Of a stretch of 64,000 nucleotides of DNA, positions 11,497 through 26,416 are shown one piece after another. How positions within the stretch are numbered: the first letter of the stretch is position 1; each line of letters opens with the position of its first letter. Below the pieces are notes generated by a model. The model saw only the letters and a list, made by a program, of their open reading frames with translations, did no database searches and was not told where the DNA came from. Source of the stretch: Neodothiora populina (lineage: Eukaryota); contig NW_027191417.1 in NCBI RefSeq assembly GCF_041146345.1, positions 124,001 to 188,000 on the forward strand, in the 5' to 3' direction. Made by a program: the position numbers and the translations under genes.

Positions 11497-13278
11497 TCAC
11501 ACGGGCAAGTTGTCCGCCTTGCTGACACGTCGTCCACCATTCGCCTTGCGGTCCGCGGCAAGAGTCTGCGCAAACTTACTCCTCTCGCGGATGACATCGC
11601 CCTTCCAGTAGAAGATGTAGATGGGGATGACGATTAGGCAGGAAAGGCATGCTAGGATGGTACTGGCGTATTCGGTGGGATACTTGTCGCCGATGTTCTC
11701 GTACAGCGGTGTTGCGTACATGGCGGCGATACCGGCGAGGAAGTCGCGCGCGAATGCGTTGCCTCCTGTCGCAGAGGCGGAGTAGACGCCGTATGCCGCA
11801 ATCATGTAGTCGACCGAAGAAAAGTAAATGGCGTAGTTTGCGATACCGATCAGGCATGAGAAGATCATGGGTGCGATCCAGTGCACTCGAGGCGGACCCA
11901 GCGATGTCCATGCGAATCCGAAGAGACCAATGGGCTCGAGAGGTGCGAGCCACAAGAGCCACTTGAGACGTCGCTCGGGTACTAGTGCGTCGTTACCATG
12001 CTTCTTCCGGATAGCTGTGTCGCGCATGAACCACGGCCAGTAGCTGAAGTAGGTGATGAAGTATGCCAAGTTGATGGGAATGAAAGCCCACGCCAAGGCA
12101 AGAATACCAAAGTCCCACTGCTTGTAGACAGCAGGGAAACTCTCGAGGAAAGTGAAGATGATTGCGTCGGAGAATCCAGAGAGGAGGGAAAGACACAGGA
12201 CGATGGGTTCACGGAGGAACATCTCAAAAGGTCGCAGCCAGATCTTGCCGGCTTCCTTGAGCGAGATGCGAGGCGTCTTGAGCTCGTTGGGTCCATAGAT
12301 GTTGGGGTCTTCTCCAGTCTTGCGACGACGTTTGGCTTCTCTGTCCATGATGATGGTGGAGCGAGACTCGGGCATGAAGAAATGGATGGCTTGAGCGAAG
12401 CCACCGAAGATTAGCTGGATCCAGAAATTCCATCTCCATGACAAGACTGTGAATTGCGTTAGTATTAGGTCGATGATGTCTTTGGGTTTTGTAATACATA
12501 CATCGCTGAATAGGTCCACCAATCACACCACCGATACTAGTACCGATGCAAGAGGAAAGCACGATGAAGGCAAGAGGCCACTGTTGTGTCTCGGGCTCAT
12601 AAAGATCGGCAATCAAGCCGAGTGTGACACTACCGCCAGCGGTAGAGAGACCACCCTAAATCTGTTAGCTTTTGCGCATCGAAACAATTCTGCATAATGC
12701 TTACCAGCGCGCGTGCGACGACGATGCTACCCCAGTTCGGGGCTAGAGCAGCAGGCAGCTGCCAGATGTTGATCAAGAACATGGAAAGCTGGAGGATAGG
12801 CCAGCGTCCAAACTCCTCACTCCACGGTGCCCACAACTCGCATCCGAAGGAGTACATCAAGAGATAGACCATCTGACCCACTCTTGCCTCCTGCTCACTG
12901 ATCTTCCAGTACGTTGCCAACGGCGTCACAGCATTGGGGAAGACTGATGCTCTGTCAGTTTGACATTCCATAGTGCAGGCTACGGGAAAACATACCCGAC
13001 GTGTTGTAGTTCATGGAGATCTGGATGGTGGCAATCGATGAAAGGTACATCCACTTCTTCCAGGTAGGCCATGAGTATGCGAGGATATCGTAACAATCAT
13101 CCTCAGTCAGCTCTCGCTTGCCATCGGGGTGGATGTTCTCCATCTTCTCTCCACCTTCCGCCAATGTAGGGCTGGCGCTGCGAGGAGTTTCATACTCCTT
13201 CTCGGACGGCGTTCTGCTCGAATCGCGATCCTTCGTGGCGGGCTCTTCTAGTCTTCGGTCCTTTCTTGTGTCCGCCAT
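11497..13278 (-). CDS. MFS transporter, DHA1 (drug:H+ antiporter)-like; exons 13278-12996, 12943-12705, 12655-12502, 12446-11497
   Basis: Motifs WPTWKKW, WAPWSEEFGRWP, WRWNFW, PES, PERRL and SASATGGNAFARD; multiple TM segments; three canonical introns restore one reading frame. Confidence 0.9.
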
Positions 13279-16200
13279 CTTGAATTTGTTTTGCAGAAGG
13301 AGCTTGCGTGACTGCCAACGAAGGGGGGAGACATGGTGTTAATATTGATGTCCAGCAACATGGGTACCCACATAAATGACGTTGTTCCATTGCAGAGATG
13401 TCGTTGCAGACGAGGGGAGCTCCACATGTTCTTGATGAAGATCCTAAGCAGAAAAATCGGGGTGAATGGGTTGTTGGTTGGTGTGGTGGTGTTCCACATG
13501 CACACCGACGTGAGTGATGTCATTTGCGCTAAAATGAAAGATTTACCTACAGGGTGTCTTTATGGTTGAGGAAGACTTATCAGCGCTAAAGCAGGGCTCA
13601 AATCATCGTTTAACCGTATCTGCCTCCTTTCCGAGTAGTTTCCTTATAGGAATGGAGTCCGCCTATGCCATAGTGGGTCATGTATGCGATTGTAGTCCCC
13701 GGTTCACTTGTCAGATGCCGGTTGTGGCTTCGGATAGTCCGTAGTCCCCTTACTCGGCGCATACCTTGTTTCCTCGGTGGTCTCAAACCGGCGCGGTTGA
13801 CCTACCTCGAGTGATGAGATTTCTTTGCAATACGTGATTGTTTCCGTCAAAGAGGCCAACTACCGATGCATAGCAAGCACTACGGCATGGTGCGGCTGCA
13901 CTACCAAAGTACTTGTTATCTAGTCTTTGATAATCCGATTCAGACCTACGCCAAGATCGCCGTTGTGCCGTCAGAGTCGTGCGCATGCAGTTGTAGTTAG
14001 GATCCTACTGTGTGCTACTGTGCTACATGGAGGTAGTGATCGTTGTATGGGCGGGAGGAAGATTAAACCCACTTATTTTCAGTGGGCTCTCCTCCATCAT
14101 TACGTCCCGCACTTTTCTTCTGTCCCAGTTTTTTCCTTCTCAAATGCGAGAAGAAGCGGAGGTCATCCGCATTTTCCTCGCAGACATCTTGCGGAGTTGA
14201 TCTTAAGCGGGTAATGGAGAAAAAGGACCCTTGGGGGAGCAGGTGAATATGTCATTGGGGATCGATATGATCAGAATGTTTTCCGACAAACACCAAATTC
14301 GCGAAGTTCCACCGGACGCGTCGGGCGGAGAATTACGTCAACGCTCCGCTTTTGCCTTGTGGTTTCGGGAGGTGAATGATTAAACAAGTCGTACCCATTC
14401 CGGACATCGGCCGGTGGTTGTTTCTGACGACGTGTACGCACGTAGGGGCGTACAGGTATATGATGCTGCATCGGTGCTGCTCCTTTTTCGATTGTCGTAT
14501 CAGCCTGAGACATTTAATTTGGGATGAGATCCGGTCTGGCTGACATCAAGAGCCGCGTTGAGCATTTAAGATTGACTTTTTCTTCTGCAGTGAACCAGTC
14601 GGCTTTACTGTGATTCCGCAAAATCGAGTTTGGAGTTCGGGTTTCTGGCTCAATGGATCTCACATGGCAGAGCCTCGAAGACCCCGATGTAGCTGACCGC
14701 AGGCTCGAGAGTAAGGTAAATTGTGTATAGCGATCGTGAGTGTCGCACATGCAGGACTTGTCTTATTAAATGTATGATGTAGTAGTGAGTCTACCTAAAT
14801 GGGCAATGCAGATCACGGGTCCCACCCATCGGAGAAACTAAATCCATACCTTCTGTTCAGGGTAATGCCAGGGACAATCAAATAGTTCACGAGGGGTCGG
14901 TCAACAGACGTGGTTGCAAAGTTCAAGGCTCGCGATTCTGTGCTCAGACGGTGTGTATCTCGTACGGGTAACTTGGTCACATACATATATATAGTACGTG
15001 GTAAGGAAGTAATAAGCATTTCCTGGCACTGTGGTTGGTAAAGCAGCCATGAATGTCGTCGAGCACGCGATACAGGTGCACATATTACTACTCAATACCA
15101 ATACATTCATTCACTTCTCAAGTAATGAATCAGTTTCGTTAGAAACATCGTCAATACAACCTTGGTTCCGTGAAATTGTTCTCTGCACACATAATCACAT
15201 CACAGTCAGAGGAAGGAAATGAGAAGTACCTACGATGCAGCGGCATCAAGACAGGGTCGCCCGTCTAATTGATTGGGCATGGACCCTGCCGCGCATCACT
15301 GTCAAACACATACATACATCCGATCCATAATACTCTCATGATCTATGAATAGGACAATAAAACAGTATCTATGAAGAATCACTCGAGTTAGTCACTAGTC
15401 ATTTCGTGAGAAATACAATGATGTTGTAGACCTCACGCGGCACAAAATGTGCATAACCAGGATAAGTCAACAATCATCAGGAAGGATACGAAACAAGATG
15501 ATGGTACATTATTTGCGCGGTTTTGTTTTTCTCTAAGGACAAAGGAAAGAAGAGTGATAAGACCCGAAAAATCAGGTTCACCGTAGCAGTGGATACATCC
15601 CAGTCCATTCGCAAGTATGCGACAGAATCCTTCTCTCCCTCTTCTACGGTTCCACCCACTCCTCGACAATATCACACCGTTGACAAAGGGAAGGAACAAG
15701 CAAAATATATATATATATATATATGTATATATACGTAAGCCAATTGTGGATACGGTCAGATCTGAAAATGGAAAACGAAACAAAAAGCATAAATGGGTTT
15801 CTTGTTTTTTTCTCTTTATATCTTCTCCTTCTTCCGTTTCAATCCCCACTCTTTTTTTCCCTGAGCGAGAATAACGGAAAAACAAGAGAAAGCAAACCCC
15901 TGCGACACACTTCATTTTTTGATCCGACAAGACGACGACAAGGATGACTTTGACCCAGCTGGGAAAACGCCCAGTAGACGCGACGATGTTGATAGTTCGA
16001 CAATTCAAAGAAAAAGAAACAAAACAGGGAAGGGTAAATTATTATATAAACAGGGTGAGTTTTCGTCAAAGGCAAAGGAAAAAACAGAACAAGGAAAAGG
16101 GGGGGGGGGTGGTATTTCAGTTGTTGTGCAGGTGTAGACAAGAGCGGAGAGCTTCGACAGACCTCGAGCGGATGACTTAAGCCCCGAGTCGATATTTCGA

Positions 16201-16904
16201 ATTCGGAACACGGTTTCAAGAAAAGTCCGGACAAGATTGAAGCTCGGTATGGAGGCGAAAAAGACGAGTACAAGGAAAAACAAGGTATTTGGGGACGAGG
16301 CCGAGAAGCAACAGCAGAACAGAACGGGATGACAGAGAGACTCGAGAAATGCACAAAAAGAGCAAATGCAAGCAATTTCCAGATTGTCGTAAGTCGTGTG
16401 CAGGTGTGAAAACTTGTGGATGCGCGCTGGTTTTCCGCTATTCTTTTCCTCTCCCTGTATCTGTTGTGGTGTGGTGTGCCGTCATGGAAATGACACGGTA
16501 AGAGGACTCGCGGACAAAGATGGTCTTTGAAAGTCGCCAGCCGTTGAGAAGCGAAATATGCAGGTAATGTAGAAGAGAGACCGTCTTTTACATGGCAGTA
16601 GTAGCAGCGGGCGCCGCACAAGCAGTAGCGAACCACAGCAGCAGCAGCAGTCGCCGCCGGCAACCCAGAGACAATGGAGGAAGGTGCGACGGTGATACAG
16701 GGCAGAGCACAGCAAAGAACAGCGCGGCAAAACGCAGCAGGTCAGGTCACCAGAGTGCATTTGCATACCCGTCGCCTGCGGCTCATCATCCGACAGAAGA
16801 GAAGAAAACCAAAACCGCCGAAGAAAGCAAATTTGTTCTTTTTGTTTCGTAAGACGACAGACGACAAGACAACAGACAGGAGGACAGATGCATTCCGAGC
16901 ACAT

Positions 16905-18186
16905 CTAGCCGCAGCAAAGCACCTTGAGGATCTTTTGCATACCGCTTGGCTTTTGCTCCGGCTGGCTCTGGGCCTGTTGCTGTTGTTGGGGCAGCGATCT
17001 TGGTGCTTGTTGGGTGGCGGTGCTCTGTCTCGTGGGCTGTTGCTGGGGTGTGGGAGCGGCACTGACACGGCTGGGCAGGTTGCCCGAGCTATTGGCAAAC
17101 TGCGCCGCAGTGCTGCCTTCTGGCGGGGCGAGATCGCCGCCGTTGCTCCTCCTCTTTGCGTATTCTGGGCCAAATTGGTCTCTGCGCGCGCTCTGGTGTC
17201 TTTGACCAGCACCAGGCTGGCCAGGACGGGTAGCGCCAGGCTTGGGGAGTTCGGCCTCGAGACGACCGGGAGGAATGGGCGTCTTGGAGATGCGGTTGCC
17301 GTGGATGTCACGGGCGGACGTGTTGGGACCCTGGTTGTGGTGGAGATGTGCCTGGGAGGGATGGGCCTTCATTGCTTCCCAGCCCTTGCCGCCGTTGAGC
17401 TTCATCCAGTCGTACTCGCCGTCCTCGACCTCGCCCGTGCCCTTGAGGGCCTGGGTGAAGAGGTCGCGCAGGTAGTCATAGTCGGGAGTGTCCTCGAAGC
17501 CGAGGTTGCGGACGTATGAAAGGTACTTGTTGAATTCCTCTGCAAGAAGGGGTTAGTTCTGATGGAATGAGGCAACGTTAGTCATGGCGAGGAAAACGCA
17601 CCGGGGAAGCCATCGCACAAGTCCTTGATGGCCGTCGTCTGCTTCTTCTCGCCAATCTTCTCGTACTTTTGCTTGTTGGTGGCAGCCTTGAGGCCCTGCC
17701 ACGGTAGACCGCCGCGCAGGAAGTACATGAAGACGTGGCCCAGAGCCTCGAGGTCATCTCGCCGCGACTGCTCTCTGCCCAAGTGGGTGTTGATGGACAT
17801 GTATCTCGCCGTGCCGGACAGTGATTTGCGCTCTCTGTAGGGAATGTGCTGTTTTGTTTTCGGGTCACGGTATTGCTTGGCCATACCGAAGTCGACGACG
17901 TGGATGACATTGGCCGTCTTGGTGCCCGGTCGGCCGATGAGGAAGTTGTCGGGCTTGATATCCCGATAGATGAGGTTCTTTTCGTGGATTGTCTGCACAC
18001 GCGAGAGCATCTGCTTGGCAACCATGACTACAGTCTTGATGGTGAACCGGCGGTTGCAATGGTCGAAGAGATCCTCGAGCGAAGGACCGAGGAGGTCGAT
18101 GACGAGGATGTTGTGGAGGCCTTCTTGTCCGAAATAATACACGTTCGGGATACCGGCTGACGGGAGAGACTGTGTTAGTTCTATGC

Positions 18187-18221
<35 letters not shown>

Positions 18222-18512
18222 GCTGCAAAGGCAAAGCAATGCGAGTCACTCACGGCATCCGACAAGAATCCTGTACGTTCGGTACTCATCTCTCAATTGA
18301 GGGGCATCACTCTTGCGCGGTTCCTGAGCAAGACATTGTCAGCTTCCGTGTCTTCGAACATGCACGTGTTGGATGTTACATACAAACTTGATGGCAACCT
18401 GAGTGTTGTTCAACAGATTCGTTCCCTCGAAGATGACACCAAAGGAACCCTCGCCGATCTTCTTGCCTACACGGTAGTGCACACCGACGACATTGCTGCT
18501 GCTGGACGCCAT
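16905..18512 (-). CDS. Casein kinase I gamma-type (Yck1/Yck2/Cki1-like); exons 18512-18384, 18323-18254, 18156-17602, 17539-16905
   Basis: [47 protein letters not shown] and EQSRRDDLE motifs; Q-rich tail; C-terminal LCCG palmitoylation-type end. Confidence 0.95.
18186..18221. repeat. (CAA)n microsatellite in CK1 intron 2
   Basis: About 12 perfect CAA units. Confidence 0.9.
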
Positions 18513-21225
18513 TGATGAGGCGCCCTTGGACGCTTCGTACACAACAGCCAGTTTGGCAAATAGCGCGCCGGATCTTTTGCTTGGGTGACAGCAACGTCAG
18601 GAACGCGTTGTGTCTGGGTTTGTTGACGATGTTGACGGATTGATGGTGCCGACTGGTTGATGTTCACTTTCGAGACGACGTTGGCGTCACTGTTGTCCTG
18701 GTGTTGTTGACGGAAGTGTACGTGTCGTCGAGGATGACGGCCGGTGTTTGTCTTCGGTCGATGACTGAATTAATTGTCGGAAGAGTTATTCACGGACGGT
18801 CGGAGAAGTGATGGACTCGATGAAGAGTGGACCGGCGTGATGGGATGAATGGTGGTGATGATTGGAGATTGATGAATGATGAATAACCCCGAAAAGGAGC
18901 AAAGCAGGGGAGGATACGGAGTACTAAAAGGGTGGAGAGGGAGGAGGGAGAGGCCAGAAGCAAGCCGGGACAGAGCAACACGAGTAAGGGAGCGTGTGCG
19001 AAGTAGAGATATAATTATTGCAATGAGTCAGTCGTGTTTGGATAAATTGGGCCGAGACGGGAGTATGAGAAAGGGACGACAGCGGCGACGGCGAGGGACG
19101 GCGACAGCAAGGAGACAATGACCACAACAACAACAAGCCACGCTGGAAGGGACAGCGACGACGTGGCAAGATTGATGTGGACGACGATGGACGGACGGGA
19201 GAGAAGAGGATGGGGAAAGGGTGGGAAACACAGAAACGAGAAAAGCGATGGATGGTTGGTTGGTTTGGTTGCTTCGCTGGACTTTTGGTCGAACGGGGCT
19301 TCCGTAAACGTAAACGGGGGGATGAAGGTTGACGACGAGCGAAGCGTGTCTTCGGGATAGGATACAGATCGAGCCCAGCCTAAAAAAAAAGCCCAGACGT
19401 CTTTTTGGATGATGAGATTGAAATGGGAGATGCTGCTGTGCTGTGCTGTGCTGTAATAATGCTGTGCTGTGCCGTACGACTACTGTACTACGGTACTGAC
19501 TCTACCTGTACCCTAATTTTCACTAAACTACAGCGTGATCGGCTAGCAATGTACAATGCCGAGAACTGCACATCAAACTTGCATTATTAGTACCATTACT
19601 CCTGTGCTCCGTGGCAGCCTGAGCCTGAGCATGAGCCTGAGCTGAGCCTCTCCCTTTCCCCCCGAAGTCTGAGTCTGAGCCTCGAGGCTAAGCCTGAGCA
19701 TGAGCCCAACAGAGCCAGAGCCTTGCTTTTAAGATAAACACCAAGCAAACCGTCCATGCGAGCCTCTCTCTTCTGCATATGCAAGCAACCTCTGCGATCG
19801 ACCCAGTTCAGACCCGACCGAGCCCTCGGCTTGTAGCGTGGTCGTGTTTTGTCGTGCGAGTAGTGTGAAGAGAATCGTGGCTCATCAAATGCCGCTACAG
19901 TTGACAGTGCAAGCCAAACACTTCTTTTGGCGCAGTACATGTGCAAAAGTACCTACCTTATCCGTATCGCCAATCTGATATTGCTGCTATCGAGCCGTCG
20001 GCCCCCTTGAGCGTTCGACTTCCTGTTCATGTTTTGACCCGAAAAGCGGGCACGTTCGGCAAGTCGATTCGGGTCCAGGGCTCTTTTCGCATGCATCTGT
20101 TATTAGAGTAATAAGAAAACAGAAAGTATTGAAGCGTGAGGACCAAAAGGAAAAAAAGAAGTCCCAATAACCATGAAAATGATGATAAGCATCATCATTG
20201 ACAACATGGTCCTCGCCATCGTCGTCGTCGTCGTAGGACCATTCGCATCAATTAAAAAGAAATCTTAGCGTTCACGAGTTACACCATTTCCAGTCACAAC
20301 CCGACTGCACATGTAGCTAGCTTCAGGTGCAACTTGTACCTCTATTAGCCCCTAGCTTTCCCACTTTCGCAGGGACAAGACAAGACCACAGCAAGTGGTC
20401 GAGGCAAGACCTGATCCTCCCCCGTATCGCAACGCATCGGAGAAAGCGCAAGTCGCCTAGCAGCTAATGATTGTCAGGGCATTGCATGGTCAGACCACTG
20501 CAGAGGACAAGCGCGCGTTTCCGTTGTTTTTGTCTTGTTGTTTTGGTTATCTGTCCAAGCACTTGTTTCGCTCTGTTTGGACTGGATTGGATTGGATTGC
20601 CAGCTCATTGTTTATTTCGCCGAGACTTTTGATTTTTTTTTGATTGGAAGGTTGCAGTGCAGCAAGTGACTCGAACCAGGACGAGCAGAAACTCAGGGAC
20701 CTTGCATACTCTGGTTGGGATATTATCCGTCTTTCGCTGCACCTGTTGCTTGCTACCTTATAATCAAATAGCTTGCCCGGGTCCTGCTCGTCTGGTTGCT
20801 TGCTATGGTTGCTTGCTTGCTTGCTATGTTCTCGCCCCTGACGCTTGCCCGACCGACTACTGCAGGTACACCCTCAATAACTGCACTAATCTCCTCACCA
20901 TGCAGCATCTGCTCATTTGTACGGAGGACAAGCATTATAGATGAAATAAAGATGCACGCTAGGCACAGAATCTTATGCACCCGTCACTCTACTTGTACAG
21001 TTATAAACCCACAAAGTACATCGACTTAGGTACCTTACCTTAGCTCGCTGCCACAGGCGAACGAACGAGTTTTCCCATCTGCAAAAAAAGCAAAGAAAAA
21101 GAAAAAGAATCTCAGATCCTAAATACCGATCGAGTGTGCACCCAATTTCAATCTCAGCCCGGCCACTTTCTTTCTGATACTGGCGCACGCGCGCCGCCAA
21201 GCGCTGATTGCTGGTGCAGCTGCAT

Positions 21226-21263
<38 letters not shown>

Positions 21264-21842
21264 CTGTGTCTCTGTCTCCCTTTCGCTTGCCAAGCCCGGC
21301 GTTGCAAGGTATACAGTACAGCACAGTGCAGATCAGACCTTCGCCAACGTAGAAGCACGGAAGCAATGGCATGATTAGTCGCGCTCTGTTGTACTGTACT
21401 GTACTGAGAGACAGGAGCCGCGAGACTTTTGTTCTTCTCGCTGGCTGGCTAGCTGGACCCCCTGATTGTTGAAGTTGGAATTTAACCTTTTTTATCGCGA
21501 CGACTCGTGCCTCGTTCATTCTGCTCGAGCCGTGGCTGCTGGTGTTGGCTAGGTACCTTGTCTTAGATAGCTGGTGAATATATACAGTACCTTATACATA
21601 TCGTGTGAGCTCCGTGTATCGTAACGAGAAGAACCAATGGTGGTGTACGTTTATAGAAAGAGAAACAGGTAGCGATTGACGAGGGAAGATGATGACTTTC
21701 CTTGCATACTGTGATCGTGACATTTGGGGTTTCCTTTCTTTTCTGGTGGATTGAGAGAGTACCCCGGCGGGAAGTACTGTTGCGCCAATCAGTCTACCTG
21801 CAGCTGGTATCGTTGTATTCTTCCTTCTTCACACAATCCTTT

Positions 21843-24800
21843 CTACTCCATGTCGACGTCTGCGTCTTCTGCTCCATCGGTGACGACGTGGCCGTTGACT
21901 TGCTCCTCTCCTTCTTCTTCCTCTTGTCCTTGCGCATCACCGACAACAACGCCATCTACCTCGTCAACAACCCCACCATCAACCTCGACAGCGCCTCCCC
22001 TGCCCTCTTCATCTCTCAACCGCCCCTCGAGATCTGCGCCCCACCCCTCCTCCCGTCTCTGTGCCTGGGCTTCGTCCTCGACGACCTTCTTCCCTTCTTC
22101 CGCGATGATGCCCCACCAGTGCACGAGCCTGCATTTCTCCATCATCTCTTGCAGTTCCGAGTCTTGCAGGCGGTAGTCGATCAGTAAGGGGTCGATCAGG
22201 TCGTCGACATGGTAGCGGTGGGTGAGTTCTGGTTTCGTCGTCGCTGCGCCTAGAGTGTGGCTCGGGTCTAGGAAGGTGAGGCCGGTTTGTGGGGTGAAGA
22301 GTGCTGCGGGGTCATGTGTCAATGGTGTCCTTGGATAGCAAAATGGAAAAGAAAACATACAGTTCTTCAGTCCGAGAGCATACGTCTTGCAAACCATGCT
22401 CTCTCTCACCCGCTCCGTGACGAACTTGTCGCTCTTGCGTTTCGTGTTGTTGATCAGCTCCCAGTCGTCGCTCAGCCAACATCTTTTCCAGATCAGCTTC
22501 TGCAGCATGTCGAACTGATCTGCCGGGAGTTCCTTCTTTGACGACGACAGAACCTGAAGCGCGAGATAGAACTGTGAATCGGAGAGCTCAGACTCTGCCG
22601 TCTCCGGCGGATGAGGATCCATCAGCGTCAAGACATCAATCAACCGTTCGGCCGAAAGCACAATGTTCTTCAACATGTCTTCGAACGCGATCTCCATTGA
22701 TTGGTGAAAAGAAGGTAGACGACGCTTTAGTGTCAATGCATAGGCGTCCGAGACCAATTGCACTTCGGCTTCCGTGTCCACGGCAGCAAAAAGGATTGGC
22801 TCGAAGGAGTCTTTGACTTCTTCTTGGATCGAAACGATGTTGAGGTCCGATTCCTGTCGGGCGAGCTCGTGCTTGACGGTGGTGCTGTCGCTTTTCTTTT
22901 CTTTTGCTTCCTCCTTGACTGCGAGCGCGGAAAGCTTACCGAGAGACAACTCGATCTTCTTGTTCCACAGCTTGCTTTCTTGACCTCTTGCCAGTTCGCC
23001 GAGCGCTTTGCTTGCTTCGGTAAAGTCTTGCTCGCGAAGAATGTCGTGGATCCAGCCCAGTCTGCCTCGCGACGGATCCGCGCGGAGGTACTTTGTCAGG
23101 TCATTCTGGTATTTCTCCGCCTCACGTAGCAGTCCATAACTGTGATGTTCGTGGAGGTGCGCGTCGAAAAAGGCATTGGCCCAGCCCTCACCAATATCCT
23201 TGAAGTAGCGCTGGATCGTGGTCTCGAGCTCGTCTCGCTTGGCCTTGATCAGCCCCGTCTGGAACTCATCTGCCTTGGACTTTTCCAACTCGGTTCGCAG
23301 AAACTCAGATTGGCCGATGACAAGCTTGACCATGGTCTGCAGGTCATGGTACTTCTCCGCAACAGCAATTCCAGCACCGTCCTGGCCGATCTCACCGAGT
23401 GAGCGGAGGTGGTGGGCACGAGCCGCAGTGAAGGCCTCGGCGAAGTTCTCTGGATACTGTGGACCTCGTTCGCCGTAGTGGACCGAGATGTAGGCGATGC
23501 GCTCGCGATACAACAGGCACAGGATGGTGACGAGCTTGACGTTCTCCAGAACGACCTTCTGCACGAACGGATTCTTCTCGTCTTTGACGTAGGTGTGGCC
23601 GCTAAAGTCACGCGCGACGTCGATGAACTTGTTGTAGGCGTTGAAAACATCATGTGTAGAGGTCCACGGTTCGGGCAACTCGTCCCAGCCTTCTTCCAGG
23701 ATACCTTCAGACAGAAGAGCATAGCTGAAACCATAGAGCTCGGCATTGTCGCGACGGAAGGCGAAGACGGCGTCGTAAATGCCGAAGATGATGTCGTCGG
23801 CCTCGCTGATGATCTTCATGAGATCCTTGTGTTTGCCACCCTCGTACATGCCGATAACGCCTAAAAGCACCGTCGTTCGCAATCGGCCCATATTCGCGAC
23901 ATCGTTGATGAACCATTGGCGGACGGGATCCGTCTCTTGCTGCGGCGGTGCTGTCTTCGCAGAAGCTGTTTTTCCAGATCTGCTGTGGGGCTCCTTCATT
24001 TCCAAGGCCTTGATTCCAAGTGGCAACATGACAGGCTTTGGCGAATCCTTGTTCGCTGCCGAGAGCTTTTCGTCGTACGTCGTCCAGATGGAATAGGCGG
24101 CGGCGAGCTTTTCAGCGTCGGCCATGAGCCTCCACGAGGTGACTTTCGACATGCCTGGGTAGTGAGTTCTGAGGAAGATGATCAAGGCCTGCGATGCTCT
24201 GGCGCGGGCGGAAAGATGGGCTTCGGTGGTCGGCAGAGGGGCTGGTAGATAGGGGTTGGTGGAGCACAGGATCTCATTGCTGATGCGAAGTGCAGCCAGC
24301 TCGACGTCCTCGATGTCATACTGATCGCCGAGCTTCGCCTTTCTCGACAGGTCAAAGATGTTGTCGGACATGGTGCCGTAGAAGATGGCCTGCTCGATCT
24401 TGCTCTTCATCGAGGGTCGCGAACGAGGGTTGCCTGCGGGCTCGTTGGCGGTGACTCGGGCCAGACCATAGCCCTTGACGAAGATGGCGCAGGCAGACGA
24501 TCCGCGGCTGTCGGCGAGACTCTCCTCGCAGCATCCCTCGATGGCCAGATGCTTCCCAGATCGCAGCCAGATGGCATCCTGGAACAGAGCGAGCTCGGAC
24601 TGGGACTCGGCCATCAACTGTGCTTCCGGACCGTCGTCAGGCGGCATGGTGACCGAGGCGAAGACGATCTGGTTCTGAGACACGATATATGCAGTGTGCC
24701 CAGGCTTGGGGACCAACAGTCGCGGGCGCGTGTGAGCTGGGGCGATTGCCGTCTCCAGACGGATGGGAATCAGCTGCTCGAGTCGGGCATTCGAGCCAGA

Positions 24801-26359
24801 CATGACGACGTTTGCGATGGTGGAGGACGGACCGAGGTCAGGGCGCTGGATTGTCTGGACGAGGAGCATCAGGTCGAGCGGGGTGTCGGCCTTGGGGAGA
24901 GACAATTCGTCGCCCCTGGTGTGTGTGGGAGTGATGGCGACGTCGAGCACCTTGACACTCCTCTCGCGCACAGGCAAGCTGGACGAGGCGAAGTGGGTGA
25001 TTTCGCGCTGCAGTATCTCGCGGAAGTCAAAGCTGCCCTTGTACACGCTCTGTCCAGACCAGGCCAGATCCCAGATCTGGATTTGAGCATTCTCAGTTCC
25101 GGCGATGACTTGGATTTCTCTTTTGTTGTTGACTGGCCTCGTGTGCACCGAGACAATGTCGCGCTTCCACACTCCCAAACCAAAGGTGCTCTTGATGCTG
25201 CCGAAGATGCCACCGCTGCCCGCAGCATCGTTTGAGCGCAAGAAAGTGGCGGCGATCTTGGGCTTGCCCCGTGCGTCGGCCAGGCTGATGTGTGCGATGC
25301 GACCAGAGGAAAGGGTGACGATGAAGCCTGCGTGGTCGGCCGAGGTCATGTCAATGGCGGATTCACCGCCGAAGAGACCTCCCAGGTTGCCTTGGATGCC
25401 AGTGTTGCGGTGTTGAAAGAGGCTCAGGGACTCGGCAGTCTCAATGTTCTCCCAGTAAGTCATGTTGCCCGTGGCCGCCGAGACAATCAAGAGTCCAATG
25501 GCTCGCGTGTTGGAGTTTGTCACGAGGGCGCCGATGGGCAGAGGATCGCTGGACTTTGTGGGCTGGGCGACATCGAAGGTTCGCGGGTGCGTGACGGGGG
25601 TGGACGAGGTGTAGTCCCAGATGTATGCGCGTTCGTGGGTGATGGCCAGAGCCAGAGGGGGCGACTGCAGGATGGATCCGCGGTAATCTGTCAAGTCGTC
25701 AGCGGTATGCAGAAAGAGAGAGAGAAGCAAAGATCGAGACTTACCACTGGCGCTGTTCCTGAGAATGTCCGGAGTGCTGGGGAGATGGCGCACCGAGTAG
25801 TGGTCATTCTGTGCCTGTTTTTGCCGAGTCAGCATTGATAGAGCAAAGAAGTGAAGGAGAAGTGAAGAAGAAGAAGAGAAGAAGAAGAAGAAGAAGAAGA
25901 AGAAGAAGAAGAAGAAGAAGAAGAAAAGGAAGAAGAAGGTACCAATATCGTGCTGCCGTCACTCCTGGCTGCTCGCTTGGGCGCCGCCTTCTTCGCGCCT
26001 CGAACGACAAGCTCGGCCATGTGTTGTTGCTGATCCTTTTCCAGCGGCACCACCGAAGCTCTCCTCGACGACGTTGATGATTGCCTGACGTGTCCATTTG
26101 CGGTTCCTCCTCGAGCAGCAGCGGCAGCAGCAGCAGCAGCAGCAGCATTGCCGTTCATCTTGGCCGCACGAGGAGCAGCGGTCGACGGCGCTTCGTCTTG
26201 ACTCTTGTGATCAGAGGGCGCGTGGAATGTGTCGGTGGAGATTTTGCTTCTCTTCCGGCGCGGTTGAGTGGGCAGGCTGTCTGATTCCGGTCGTTGTCTC
26301 CTGCGTGGGTTTCGCGTGGACCGTCGCGAGCCCTCTGTCGTGGCTTCCGGCTGCGACAT
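21843..26359 (-). CDS. NUP133: Nucleoporin Nup133; exons 26359-25943, 25814-25745, 25687-22361, 22303-21843
   Basis: Disordered N-terminus, beta-propeller region (TYWENIETA) and helical C-terminus (AEKYHDLQTMV, LGWIHDI, KKIELSLGKL, LIWKRCWLSDDW). Introns have canonical GT-AG ends and branch sites; two are 57 nt and in frame. Confidence 0.88.
25865..25938. repeat. (GAA)n microsatellite filling Nup133 intron 1
   Basis: Long GAA run between the donor (25942) and the acceptor (25815). Confidence 0.9.
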
Positions 26360-26416
26360 TTTGTCGGATCAATGATATGGAAGATGAAGCGCGTGCGTCC
26401 TCTGGCTGGCGCTGGC

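Noticed and set aside
15433..17519. 191-, 274- and 281-aa ORFs
   Set aside because: Low-complexity CK1 3' region or antisense to CK1; composition is not protein-like.
18513..18575. Non-AUG N-terminal extension of CK1
   Set aside because: Only about 30 open codons upstream of the ATG before an in-frame TGA, with no targeting-like composition.
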